Below are positions 42,234 to 51,609 of a stretch of 64,000 bases of DNA, piece after piece. Numbering within the stretch: position 1 is the stretch's first letter; the number at the start of each line of letters is the position of its first letter. The translations under genes were made by a program, and so were the position numbers. The stretch covers positions 2,283,337-2,347,336 of the forward strand of contig OZ244829.1 in assembly GCA_965220415.1 (NCBI GenBank), written 5' to 3'. The stretch is from Candidatus Poribacteria bacterium (GTDB taxonomy: Bacteria > Poribacteria > WGA-4E > JAJDTR01). Under the pieces are notes generated by a model. The model saw only the letters and a list, made by a program, of their open reading frames with translations, was not told the origin of the DNA and did no database searches.

Positions 42234-42665
42234 TTAAAGATCGAAGATAACGTTAGCCGTCCACTTCCCGTCGGTTGACTGGCACACGCTCAGTTGGTGA
42301 TATGTTACACTCTTAATCTCCGTGTATACAACATGCTTGGCAAAATCCATGGGTTCTCCGTAGGCACATGCAGATAGGCGCGTCTGGGAAAGTTCCACTA
42401 TTTCAACGCACTTAAAGAAGACCTCATCGACCTCATGTCTGAAAATCAACTCGTCCAGCCAAGCGACCATCAGTTCCTCGACGGATTCAGCCTTGACATT
42501 GATCTGAAACTGTGAAATGGGATCAATGGTATCGAGTACCGCAACCGTTTCAAACAAGGCGTGAGCCGCATTCGCAAAGAGGTCTTGTAACGTTTTTCCT
42601 CGTACTCGAATGCCAAGATCTCCGGTGTGATCTATGTATTCAAAGGTTCTCATAAATGGATACAA
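42234..42665 (-). CDS. Archease
   Basis: EYIDHTGDLG, EIKSVTYH, C-terminal IFDL. Confidence 0.92.
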   Translation of the reverse strand: MYPFMRTFEYIDHTGDLGIRVRGKTLQDLFANAAHALFETVAVLDTIDPISQFQINVKAESVEELMVAWLDELIFRHEVDEVFFKCVEIVELSQTRLSACAYGEPMDFAKHVVYTEIKSVTYHQLSVCQSTDGKWTANVIFDL

Positions 42666-43310
42666 CTCTCGCTTAGATCAATGCCAAAACTGTGTTCAGT
42701 TTAACAAACAACGTCATGTATGACAACAGAATAGAGATTCCATAGCGACTGCGATAAAGATCTCGCTTTATTCCCAATCCTCAGCGCAAATAAACCCCGA
42801 TTCGCAGGTTGGGTTGAGCGGAATTCCATAAGAAATCTTACACAGAAGGCGTGCTTTCGAGGTTTCATTTTGCCCAAATAGCGCCGAAATTCAAGTGAAA
42901 CCCAACACTTTATCGCAAACAATCGACAACTACCCTGCATGTAGACAATTCATATCGGATAATTCCACGCTATTGAGATAATGAATATGAAAACTCAAAA
43001 TAGCCTATTACCACATCAGTTGGCCCACAATTGTGCTATCATCATTAAGTAACGACAGAATAATGACATCTACGCATTGATATCAATGTGATACAAACGG
43101 TAAGAGATGCTAAACCGTCAACTCTGCGGCGACACCCGTTCTTTCCCGCAGGTTCATCACCCATCTCAAAATAGTCTATACTTTCGGACCGGTGAACGCG
43201 CGTTGGGAATTGCATTTACATTCGTCGAGATTCTAGTCTATAATATCACTACAAAAACCGCGACATCTGAGTTCCACCGTACGCCCAAGGCTATTTCAAC
43301 TTGTGGAACA

Positions 43311-43509
43311 TATACTCCGCGCTGTCAGAAATTGCGTCTTCTGTAGGATCAAACGAGTGGATAGCGAGTGCGATAGAGATCCCGCGATCTCCAGGTCGCG
43401 ACTCTTGTACGAGCGAACTCCGATTTCCGACCTGATGGTGCTACGTAAGTCCTATTAGAAACAACTATCACTGGAAAAGAAAGCGCAATAATACCCAACG
43501 CAAAGTATA
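43311..43509 (+). mobile_element. MITE family A, copy 4, with a 36-nt element at 43348-43383
   Basis: 199 bp = 164-bp empty allele + 35. Confidence 0.88.
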
Positions 43510-43578
43510 GTTGGGGGTAAGAGTCAAGTTAACGGGCTTACTCAAATCGGAATCTGCGGTAATCCATCACGAATCGAT

Positions 43579-43750
43579 GTAACTGTTTAGTGCATCGTTT
43601 GGTTCGTAGTATTACAATTCGGTGCACGTCCGGTCTGGGCATGTAAGCCCCCGATTAGTCGGAATTAGCATTGTACTCTCCTACTCGGCGCGTTCCCTGC
43701 CCCCGCTCGGTCTGGATTGGCAAATCCAGACCGATGGACTAAACAGTTAC
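43579..43750 (+). mobile_element. MITE family B (TIR GTAACTGTTTAGT) with 8-bp TSD GAATCGAT
   Basis: gaatcgat-gtaactgtttagt...actaaacagttac-gaatcgat; second copy at 60765-60934. Confidence 0.85.
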
Positions 43751-43778
43751 GAATCGATTATATATTTTACAGGAGATT

Positions 43779-44159
43779 GTGCCAGTGGAATACGAATTTC
43801 ATCACGTACACCTTCGTTGCGAAGATCTGGATGCGGCTGTCAACTTTTATGAGAACGTGCTAAACGGCAAGGTTACCGAACATGTGGCGCTTGGCGGCAT
43901 GCCAATTGTTCGCATGGAGGTCGGCGGTCAGAGACTTTTTCTTTCCCCAAAGTTTGGCGACATTGATGTCGAAGCCACTAGCGGAAAAGCGCGTTGGGGC
44001 GTTTACCAACTTGCGTTTCTCGTGGAGGACATTGATACCGCAGTCGAGGAACTGAAAGCGAGAGGAGCGCAAGCTCAAAATATCAAACCGTCCGGAAATC
44101 CGATTGCTTTTTTTACCGGTCCCGACAATGTACAAATCGAACTGATGCAGCGCTCCTAG
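43779..44159 (+). CDS. VOC/glyoxalase family protein
   Basis: FHHVHLR, AFLVEDID, FTGPDNVQIEL. Confidence 0.88.
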   Translation: MPVEYEFHHVHLRCEDLDAAVNFYENVLNGKVTEHVALGGMPIVRMEVGGQRLFLSPKFGDIDVEATSGKARWGVYQLAFLVEDIDTAVEELKARGAQAQNIKPSGNPIAFFTGPDNVQIELMQRS

Positions 44160-44203
44160 CTTGCACGGAGGAAATTCTCCATCTAGATGCTTCGCTCCAG
44201 AGG

Positions 44204-44380
44204 ATCAAGCGAGTGAATAGCGAGCGCGATAGAAATCCCTCAAGCGAGTGAATAGCGAGCGCGATAGAGATCCCTCAAGTGACTGGATAAGGAACGATCA
44301 ACTGAGTGGATAACGAAGAATCAAAGGAGCGGATAGCGACTGCGATAGCTAATCCCATAGTAGATCCCGATAGAGATCCT
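44204..44380 (+). mobile_element. Array of five 36-nt hairpin elements (three tandem, two more nested in the third)
   Basis: Five (a)tcaa heads and five atag..atcc tails inside a cgctccagagg..caatg host repeat. Confidence 0.88.
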
Positions 44381-44510
44381 CAATGTCAATAGACATGTGA
44401 TACCTCCAATTTTCGCGCTCCGGCGGAGCGCAATGCAACTTGTTTATTAGCCAAATGCACCGCTCAATCCGCGAAGAAACGACGAATATCAACACACCGT
44501 ACGGTTCCAC

Positions 44511-45191
44511 ATGAAATTCAGTGAACTCTTCTACACCATTCAGGGCGAAGGAAAATTCGTCGGCGTGCCATCTGTGTTTTTCAGGACAAGCTATTGCAAC
44601 CTGAGGTGTATTTGGTGCGACACCGCTTATACGAGTTGGACGCCGGAGAACAAAGACATATCTGTCGATGCAGCGGTTAAAGCAATTACGCGGTATGGGT
44701 GCAGGCACATTGTCATCACGGGCGGGGAACCGTTTATCCAGGTCAAGGAACTCACTCAACTGAGTCAAGAGTTGAATCAACGGGGGCATCACATCACCGT
44801 GGAGACAAATGCAACGGTCTTCGCGCCTATTGCCGCCGACCTAATCTCAATGAGCCCGAAACTTCGAAACTCCAACCCCGCTCCAGACAATCGGTTCTTT
44901 AAGCGTCATGAACGTGGGCGTATCTGTACCGATGTTATACGCAAATTCCTCCATCAGTATGAGTGCCAAGCCAAGTTTGTTGTCGATTCTCCCGAAGACC
45001 TTGAGGAAATCAAGGCCTTGAAAGTCGAAATCCCCATTCCGGCGGAGACAATCGTACTCATGCCCCAAGGTATAACCCCGGAAGAATTACAGCCCAAGCA
45101 GGAATGGCTCGTAGAGATATGTAAAGCGGAAGGATACCGCTATTCACCTCGGATGCACGTGGATATCTGGGGAAACAAGCGTGGCGTGTAA
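44511..45191 (+). CDS. queE: 7-carboxy-7-deazaguanine synthase (radical SAM)
   Basis: FYTIQGEG, CNLRCIWCDT, ITGGEP, ETN. Confidence 0.9.
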   Translation: MKFSELFYTIQGEGKFVGVPSVFFRTSYCNLRCIWCDTAYTSWTPENKDISVDAAVKAITRYGCRHIVITGGEPFIQVKELTQLSQELNQRGHHITVETNATVFAPIAADLISMSPKLRNSNPAPDNRFFKRHERGRICTDVIRKFLHQYECQAKFVVDSPEDLEEIKALKVEIPIPAETIVLMPQGITPEELQPKQEWLVEICKAEGYRYSPRMHVDIWGNKRGV

Positions 45192-45250
45192 CGCTAGGAT
45201 CGGATAATTATACGTCGGCTCAAATTGACAATCCGGGGAAGTTTCAAAAT

Positions 45251-45643
45251 ATGGCAGAATTCAAAAAGCTGAAGGGCTGTTATCGGAGGGTGTTACTTTT
45301 TCTGTTTGTACTCGCTGTAATTCTTCTAGCGGCGTGCTTTATCTTCTATCAGCAGGTTGGCGGGATTGACGGTGCACGATACTGGATGGCGGGACGGGCG
45401 CTAGGCAACGTGGAAGAGCATCTGTTGAAAAATCGACCCGACGGTATTTCAAAATCGGATGTCGAAAGGCAGTTTGAAACTGTGCGGAACGCAACCTCCG
45501 AATGGCGTGTGGATTTAGTGCAACTCCACGGTGTGCTCAAGGACTACCAAAACCGATTTCAGAACACAAAGCCGTCAACTCCCGAGACGGTTCAATTCCT
45601 CACGAATCTTGAGGCTACCGTTCTGCCTGAAACTAGCAACTAA
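45251..45643 (+). CDS. Hypothetical membrane-anchored protein
   Basis: N-terminal TM helix, 130 aa. Confidence 0.65.
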   Translation: MAEFKKLKGCYRRVLLFLFVLAVILLAACFIFYQQVGGIDGARYWMAGRALGNVEEHLLKNRPDGISKSDVERQFETVRNATSEWRVDLVQLHGVLKDYQNRFQNTKPSTPETVQFLTNLEATVLPETSN

Positions 45644-45672
45644 TGCCGGCATACCAAACCCCGTGGGCGGGG

Positions 45673-45708
45673 ATCAAGCGAGTGGATAACGAGTACGATA
45701 GAGATCCT
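45673..45708 (+). mobile_element. 36-nt hairpin element in a gcgggg..gccccgc REP
   Basis: gcgggg[atcaagcgagtggataacgagtacgatagagatcct]atcctgccccgc. Confidence 0.85.
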
Positions 45709-45824
45709 ATCCTGCCCCGCATCAGAAAGTGTTTATTGGCGCTAGTAATTCACTGCAAATATAGGAAAATGGTGTAGATTTCGTTTTCTTAATCTTGCGA
45801 GAAACGAGGTTGGGTTAAAGTTAC

Positions 45825-46541
45825 TTGATTGACAAAATTCTACACGCCGCATCACGTTGTTTTGGCAAGGGCCCGTTAACACGCCAAGATTTTCAGTACA
45901 TAACCGACCTCTATTCCTCCCTACCCCAAACCACACGCATGCAGGTATGGGCGCGCCTTATCTGTTTACAACCTGTACTGAAAGCGATTGAGCAGCATGT
46001 CCCTCACACCGCCGAACGGCTGGTTGATCTGGGAAGTGGATACGGACTGGTAAGCGCCCTCACCGCACTGCGGCGAAAGACCACGGTTCTGGGGATTGAA
46101 GCCTCGCCCTCAAGACTTGCGATTGCGCGGCAAGCCACAACCGGACATATCCCGAATGTATCCTTTCAGCAGGGGGATATCGCCCAAATCTCACTTCCCC
46201 CGAGCGACGCCATCCTGTTAATCGACGTGCTATGCCTTTTTGCCGATGACACCCAAGCGCATGTTCTAGAGAATTGCGCGGATTCACTGTGTTTGGGCGG
46301 CGTTCTGCTTATCAAGGACAATACGACGACCTCGCGGTGGAAATACCGATACACAAATCTGGAGGAAAGAATCAAGCTTTGCTTGGGAACCTATGGAGTC
46401 AGAGCGCAGATGCGACCAAACTATCGTACTCCCGAGGCATGGCGGCATCTTATTGCGAACGCAAACCTGAAAATCGAAGAGGAATGTTTCATCAGATCTA
46501 TTGCCCCCTATCCCGGCGTAATCTATCTTTGCCGAAAATAG
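45825..46541 (+). CDS. Class I SAM-dependent methyltransferase
   Basis: LVDLGSGYG, FQQGD, L..GGVLLIKD. Confidence 0.85.
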   Translation: MIDKILHAASRCFGKGPLTRQDFQYITDLYSSLPQTTRMQVWARLICLQPVLKAIEQHVPHTAERLVDLGSGYGLVSALTALRRKTTVLGIEASPSRLAIARQATTGHIPNVSFQQGDIAQISLPPSDAILLIDVLCLFADDTQAHVLENCADSLCLGGVLLIKDNTTTSRWKYRYTNLEERIKLCLGTYGVRAQMRPNYRTPEAWRHLIANANLKIEEECFIRSIAPYPGVIYLCRK

Positions 46542-46544
46542 CAT

Positions 46545-47636
46545 CTACCCAGTTGCGGCGCCCTTGAGAAATCTCCCTATGTACTCCCGAATTCGCCGAG
46601 CACATGAATCATCACTCAGGTCGGAAGTTGCAAGAATCTCCAACGCACGATCCATTCTAGCCCGCACATCTCCCCAAGCTTTTAGCAGTGCACTGTTTTT
46701 CTCCCTTGTTGGCTGAGCAACCGCCTCCAACAACCGATGAACAACTGAAAGGTAGAAGAGGATATTGTGGTAATCAAGTTGTGCGATGATGTTTCCTACA
46801 GTGGTGCCTGGCCGGTACGCAACGGCTCGATTTGCGTAGGCGTCTATGACTTCTCGATTCAGCAAGTTGACGAAGTTTCCACCCTCGCGGTTTGCGCCTA
46901 GGCTATTGAAGAACTGAACGATGCGCCGTTCACTCCAGTCCCAACCGACGCTCCCAAAATCGACGAAGGTGCATTCGCCAGCATTAATCACGATGTTCCG
47001 CGCATTATAATCGAGCACCCCTAATGTCGCCGAATTTTTTTGGAGAGTTTTAGAGAAATTCGACCAGAACTCGTCAAAATCCGACGATAACGATTCACCA
47101 CACGACCGGGCGAGGTAACTCATCGTTTTTCGCCCCTGGGTGAGCATGTCTTTCATCGACTGGCGCAGACAGGTCGGATAGTCCTGGTGATATACATAAG
47201 GCGCGAATTCAGCGCGGAGATCGGCGAAACTTTTCTCTATATGGCAGAACTTAGCGAGAGCGCCGGTTACCGTTTCCTTCAGTGACTCAAGCGGCGTTGT
47301 TTGAGCCACATCGTCAAGCGTCGATTCGCCGCACCACTCCAACAACAGGCAGAAATTGGGAGCGGAATGCCACACGACATTCGGAACACTGCAACCGGCG
47401 TCGTGCAGCGTCGAGAGAACCGATGACTCAACTTCAAACGGCGAAAAAACCGAATCCCCAATGGGGCGTGTGATGAAGTGCTGTTTGAGCAGGTAGCTCT
47501 GACCATCAACAATCACCCGCCAGAGGTTGTTTCTTTCGACACCGCCGTGCTTTATCGGAAGAACCCGCAGACATTCCGGTGACGTACCAAAACGATTCGC
47601 AATCTTTGGAATAATTTGGAACAGTTCAGGAAACAT
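46545..47636 (-). CDS. APH/kinase-like phosphotransferase
   Basis: YLLK, LLLEWCG, DYNARN (catalytic loop), FVDFG. Confidence 0.7.
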   Translation of the reverse strand: MFPELFQIIPKIANRFGTSPECLRVLPIKHGGVERNNLWRVIVDGQSYLLKQHFITRPIGDSVFSPFEVESSVLSTLHDAGCSVPNVVWHSAPNFCLLLEWCGESTLDDVAQTTPLESLKETVTGALAKFCHIEKSFADLRAEFAPYVYHQDYPTCLRQSMKDMLTQGRKTMSYLARSCGESLSSDFDEFWSNFSKTLQKNSATLGVLDYNARNIVINAGECTFVDFGSVGWDWSERRIVQFFNSLGANREGGNFVNLLNREVIDAYANRAVAYRPGTTVGNIIAQLDYHNILFYLSVVHRLLEAVAQPTREKNSALLKAWGDVRARMDRALEILATSDLSDDSCARRIREYIGRFLKGAATG

Positions 47637-47960
47637 TGAGATTGGTACCAGGTCGGTCAATTGCGTGTGGAGCAGTATACCGCAAATCAGGCGATCATTC
47701 CAACCATATCGTGTTATAGATACCCAAACTATCCTTATTGTAGGGGACGGCCCCTGTGCCGTCCCTTTAGTTCTACCGTGCCGTCTCTTTAGCTCTAAGG
47801 TGAACACCGCCCACTATCCTTCCATTCTTCCGCCCTTCTATCCTTCCACATCCACCGCAATCCAATGTGATTGCCTACATTCGCATGTATTGTCTATCGC
47901 ATCTGGACGTTGGATGTGATATAATTAAACGCTATTTTTCGTTGAAATTGGGGGCATCGC

Positions 47961-50900
47961 GTGTCAAAAATCAAACCAATCGTCTGGCTAATCTTCCTTT
48001 TATCCGGGGCAAGCGGCCTCGTTTATGAAGTCGTCTGGACACGCCAACTCACGCTAGTTTTCGGCAGCACCGTGTTTGCGGCAAGCACGGTCTTGACGGC
48101 GTTTATGGCGGGTTTGGCGCTCGGAAGCTATTATTTCGGGCGTATGGTAGACCGCGAAAAGCGCCCATTGCGCCTTTATGCCGTCCTCGAAGCGGGAATC
48201 GGTGCCTTCGCATTGATTTGGCCGCTACTCTTAAGCGTGTTGAACGCCATCTACATACTCGCGTATCGCGGCCTGAATGCCGAATTTTACTCCCTGTCGC
48301 TGATTCGATTTGCTCTCTCATTTCTCGTGTTGCTCCTCCCATCAACCTTGATGGGAGGAACACTCCCTATCCTGAGCCGATTCTTCGTCAACCGATTGGA
48401 GAAACTCGGTCTCAATGTCGGTGCACTTTACGCGTTAAACACCTTCGGCGCCGTCGTCGGCTGTGTCGCAGCGGGGTTTTTCCTCATCCAGTATTTGGGA
48501 GTTCAAGCGTCGATTTATCTTGCCGCAGCGATAAATTTCGGGGTCGCCATCATCGCTTTTCTGTTGGACAAAATGAGCGCCCAAATCACGGAAACTGGTG
48601 AAGCTGATACCCAAGAAACACAACCCGCGTCCGATCTGACACCAGTCGATACGGATCCTGACCCGGCTCTTCGCCTCGTGCTGTGGGCTTTCGCCGTATC
48701 CGGGTTCTGTGCGCTCTCTTACGAAGTTTTCTGGACTCGCATTCTCGTCTTTTTCCTCGGTAGCACGTCCTATGCCTTCTCGACGATGCTGGCGGCGTTT
48801 CTATTTGGAATCGCGCTGGGGAGTTTCATCTTCGCGTGGATTGCCGATCGCTTGAAATCCCTTGTCAATCTGCTCGGTCTGGTTCAGATCGGAATCGGAC
48901 TGGCGGCAGTGGCGCTGATTCCCGCCTTCGGCGGACTTTATGACATCGGCAGCACGCTCCAATCCATGTTCGGAGGGGCGCGGTTTTGGTCATTCGCCGC
49001 CTGCGTTATCGTAATGAGCGTCCCAACGCTACTCATGGGGATGAGTTTTCCGATCGTCGCCCGTATCTACACGGTGAATGCCGCGAAACTCGGTCGTAGC
49101 ATCGGCAACGTTTATGCACTCAACACCGTCGGATCTATTCTTGGTGCATTCTGCGCCGGGTTCATTCTGATTCCTCTAATCGGCATACGTCCGGGCATCG
49201 TCCTGATGGCGATGCTGAACGTTATCATCGGATGTGTCCTAATCTTTCGGAACGAGAAGCGCTCGCAGTTCTTCAACGGTGCGGCGGTCGGAGGGACAAT
49301 TCTGACCATCGGGATTGCCGCAATTGTCCTCTTCGTAGCGAATAAACCGCTTTTTCTCAAGAGCGCCATCTTTCGTACACAGCGACCGGGCGATACCATC
49401 ATCGATTACCAAGAGGAGATTGACGCAACCGTCACGACGCTCAAAGACGATGAAGATGTCTTTCGGCTATACGTGGATACGAATCAGGCAGCCGACGCAT
49501 CCCGTTGGGACTCGCCATCCCATCGCGTAATCGCTCACCTCCCGCTGCTCCTGCATCCGAACCCGAAACGAGCGCTTGTGGTCGGTTTTGGCATGGGCGT
49601 GACATCCTACTCAATTACGCAACACGGCGTCCGCGTCGACGCGGTCGAGATCTCGAAAGGGGTAATCGACTCCGCGCGATCACATTTCAGCCACGTTAAC
49701 CACGACGTTCTGGATAATCCGCTGTTCAGCCATTACATCAATGACGGCCGAAACCATATTCTGATGACCGATCAGAAATACGACATGATCTCAACCGGAA
49801 TCATTCATCCATTGGTCAGCGCCGGAAGTTCAAACATCTACACGGCGGATTTCTATCGACTCTGCCAGCGAATTCTGACCGAGGACGGAATCATGTGCCA
49901 ATGGGTGCCGTTGCACCGCGTGCCCGAGGAACACTACAAGACAATCGTGAGGACATTCGTCAACGTGTTTCCGCACACAACGCTCTGGTACAAGTATACC
50001 CCGGACTTCGTTATTTTAATCGGCACGCCCCGCCCGCTCAGGATTAACTACAACGACTTTCTGGCACGTGCCCAAATTCCAAGCATTCGCAAAGGGTTGG
50101 CGCACGACAATTTGGATGGCATGTCACTGCTCGACTCATTCATGATGAGCGAGAAACGGGTACTTGAATACGTTGGAGACGGTCCCATCCACACAGATGA
50201 CCACCCGCATTTGGAATTTTTCCGAGCGCAAGACTTGACGAATACAACCGCCGCCAACGTCACCGGAATGACTAAACACCGCGAACGGGTGACACCCTAT
50301 TTGGACAACTACGGACGCACGATTGGCGAGAAAAAAGAGATTAGAGGGCAAGTTCGCCAATACTTCGATGCCACTCAGAAGTTGATTCTCGGGCAGGTTG
50401 AGTACGCCAAGGGGCAATACGACCGAGCGGTCGGCTTGCTAAATCAGGCGATTGCCATCAATCCGGAGGACGACACGATTCGATATAACCTCCGAGTTGT
50501 TGCAGATCTCTTCAACAAGGAATACCAAGGGGAACTCAAGCAACTTGAGCAACTTGTGAAACAAGCGCAGCAGAAGGATCCCAAAGACGTGGAAGGTTAT
50601 CTCCAACTGGCGGTCATCTACGAAGGGCAGGGAAAGCTGGCGGAGGCAGCCGAAGCCTTGGAGCAGGCTATCGATCTCGCGCCAAATCGCGTCGATTTCT
50701 TCCTGCTGCTTGGACCGATGTACGAGCGACAAGAGCGCTTTGACGAGGCACTACGGACGTACACACGGCTTGAAAAAGTGGATCCCAAACTGCCGGTACC
50801 GATTCTACAGGCGGTGGCGTTCATCAACCATCGCAAGAATAGGCACGACGAAGCGTTGAAATACGCCCAAAGGGCGTTGGATGAGGACGCAACTTCATGG

Positions 50901-51152
50901 CGCGCCCATTATCTCTTGGGAAGCATCTATGCCGCAAAAGAACGGATTGAAAGGGCGATTCAATCCTATCGGCGGTCAATCGAACTCGCACCCAACGAAC
51001 CGATACCGCACACCGACTTGGCTGAGATATACTTCTCGCAAAAACGGTATGATGACGCGCTGAAAGCCAATGCATCGGCAATCCGCGTCGCACCGGATGT
51101 CCCGGAGCTTGAGGAGCAGCGCCGACGCATCCAAGATGCAATGTCAAAGTAG
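47961..51152 (+). CDS. Membrane-bound spermidine-synthase-like protein (multi-TM domain + SAM-binding domain + TPR repeats)
   Basis: SGASGLVYEVVWTR repeated TM halves, LVVGFGMGVT, VEIS, DGR, C-terminal TPRs. Confidence 0.88.
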   Translation: MSKIKPIVWLIFLLSGASGLVYEVVWTRQLTLVFGSTVFAASTVLTAFMAGLALGSYYFGRMVDREKRPLRLYAVLEAGIGAFALIWPLLLSVLNAIYILAYRGLNAEFYSLSLIRFALSFLVLLLPSTLMGGTLPILSRFFVNRLEKLGLNVGALYALNTFGAVVGCVAAGFFLIQYLGVQASIYLAAAINFGVAIIAFLLDKMSAQITETGEADTQETQPASDLTPVDTDPDPALRLVLWAFAVSGFCALSYEVFWTRILVFFLGSTSYAFSTMLAAFLFGIALGSFIFAWIADRLKSLVNLLGLVQIGIGLAAVALIPAFGGLYDIGSTLQSMFGGARFWSFAACVIVMSVPTLLMGMSFPIVARIYTVNAAKLGRSIGNVYALNTVGSILGAFCAGFILIPLIGIRPGIVLMAMLNVIIGCVLIFRNEKRSQFFNGAAVGGTILTIGIAAIVLFVANKPLFLKSAIFRTQRPGDTIIDYQEEIDATVTTLKDDEDVFRLYVDTNQAADASRWDSPSHRVIAHLPLLLHPNPKRALVVGFGMGVTSYSITQHGVRVDAVEISKGVIDSARSHFSHVNHDVLDNPLFSHYINDGRNHILMTDQKYDMISTGIIHPLVSAGSSNIYTADFYRLCQRILTEDGIMCQWVPLHRVPEEHYKTIVRTFVNVFPHTTLWYKYTPDFVILIGTPRPLRINYNDFLARAQIPSIRKGLAHDNLDGMSLLDSFMMSEKRVLEYVGDGPIHTDDHPHLEFFRAQDLTNTTAANVTGMTKHRERVTPYLDNYGRTIGEKKEIRGQVRQYFDATQKLILGQVEYAKGQYDRAVGLLNQAIAINPEDDTIRYNLRVVADLFNKEYQGELKQLEQLVKQAQQKDPKDVEGYLQLAVIYEGQGKLAEAAEALEQAIDLAPNRVDFFLLLGPMYERQERFDEALRTYTRLEKVDPKLPVPILQAVAFINHRKNRHDEALKYAQRALDEDATSWRAHYLLGSIYAAKERIERAIQSYRRSIELAPNEPIPHTDLAEIYFSQKRYDDALKANASAIRVAPDVPELEEQRRRIQDAMSK

Positions 51153-51282
51153 TAGGCATACTCCGTATGCCGTAACCTAAAGAACTAACGCACCCGATGT
51201 CCCGGAACTTGAGGAGCAGCGCCGACGTATCCAAGATGCAATGCCAAAGTAGTAGGCATACTCCGGTAACCTGAAGAACTAA
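51089..51282 (+). repeat. Tandem ~100-bp duplication of the gene 3' end plus REP
   Basis: 51089-51188 resembles 51189-51282; the second copy has a 6-bp deletion in the ggcatac-tcc-gtatgcc hairpin. Confidence 0.9.
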
Positions 51283-51295
51283 GACAGGCGGTTAA

Positions 51296-51558
51296 GAGCC
51301 TGTTTGAAAAGTACAATTTGTAGGGTGCGATCAACCGACTGATTAAGGAGGGCGATAGAGATCCACTGCGCACCAGCCTCTAAAAGCCCCAGAGGGATCA
51401 AGCGAGTGGATAACGAGCGCGATAGTAGATCCCTCAACCGAGCGGATAGCGAAGGCGATAGAAATCCAACAGGTAGGTAGTAGACGACAATAAAAGCATG
51501 AAAAAGCTTCCTACAAATAACCAAAAATGGCTTTGCTACCGATTTTTCAAGCAGGCCC
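51296..51558. mobile_element. MITE family C (TIR GAGCCTGTTTGAAAA, TAA TSD) carrying three 36-nt elements (51330, 51397, 51434)
   Basis: taa-gagcctgtttgaaaa...ttttcaagcaggccc-taa. Confidence 0.75.
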
Positions 51559-51609
51559 TAAAGAAACGTCAATGAAAATCAAGAAGTGAGAAGGAGCAAT
51601 CAATAACAG

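Noticed and set aside
43107-43852. Short ORFs 43107-43346 and 43622-43852 (similarly 24054-24242, 30564-30749, 39746-40099, 51279-51524 and the first 60 aa of 60808-61968)
   Set aside because: They are wholly or partly translations of MITE or hairpin repeat sequence, not independent genes
44204-44380. Possible CRISPR array (35-36-nt repeats)
   Set aside because: Units are directly adjacent or nested with no unique spacers, vary by compensatory changes, are dispersed singly elsewhere, and there are no cas genes in the window
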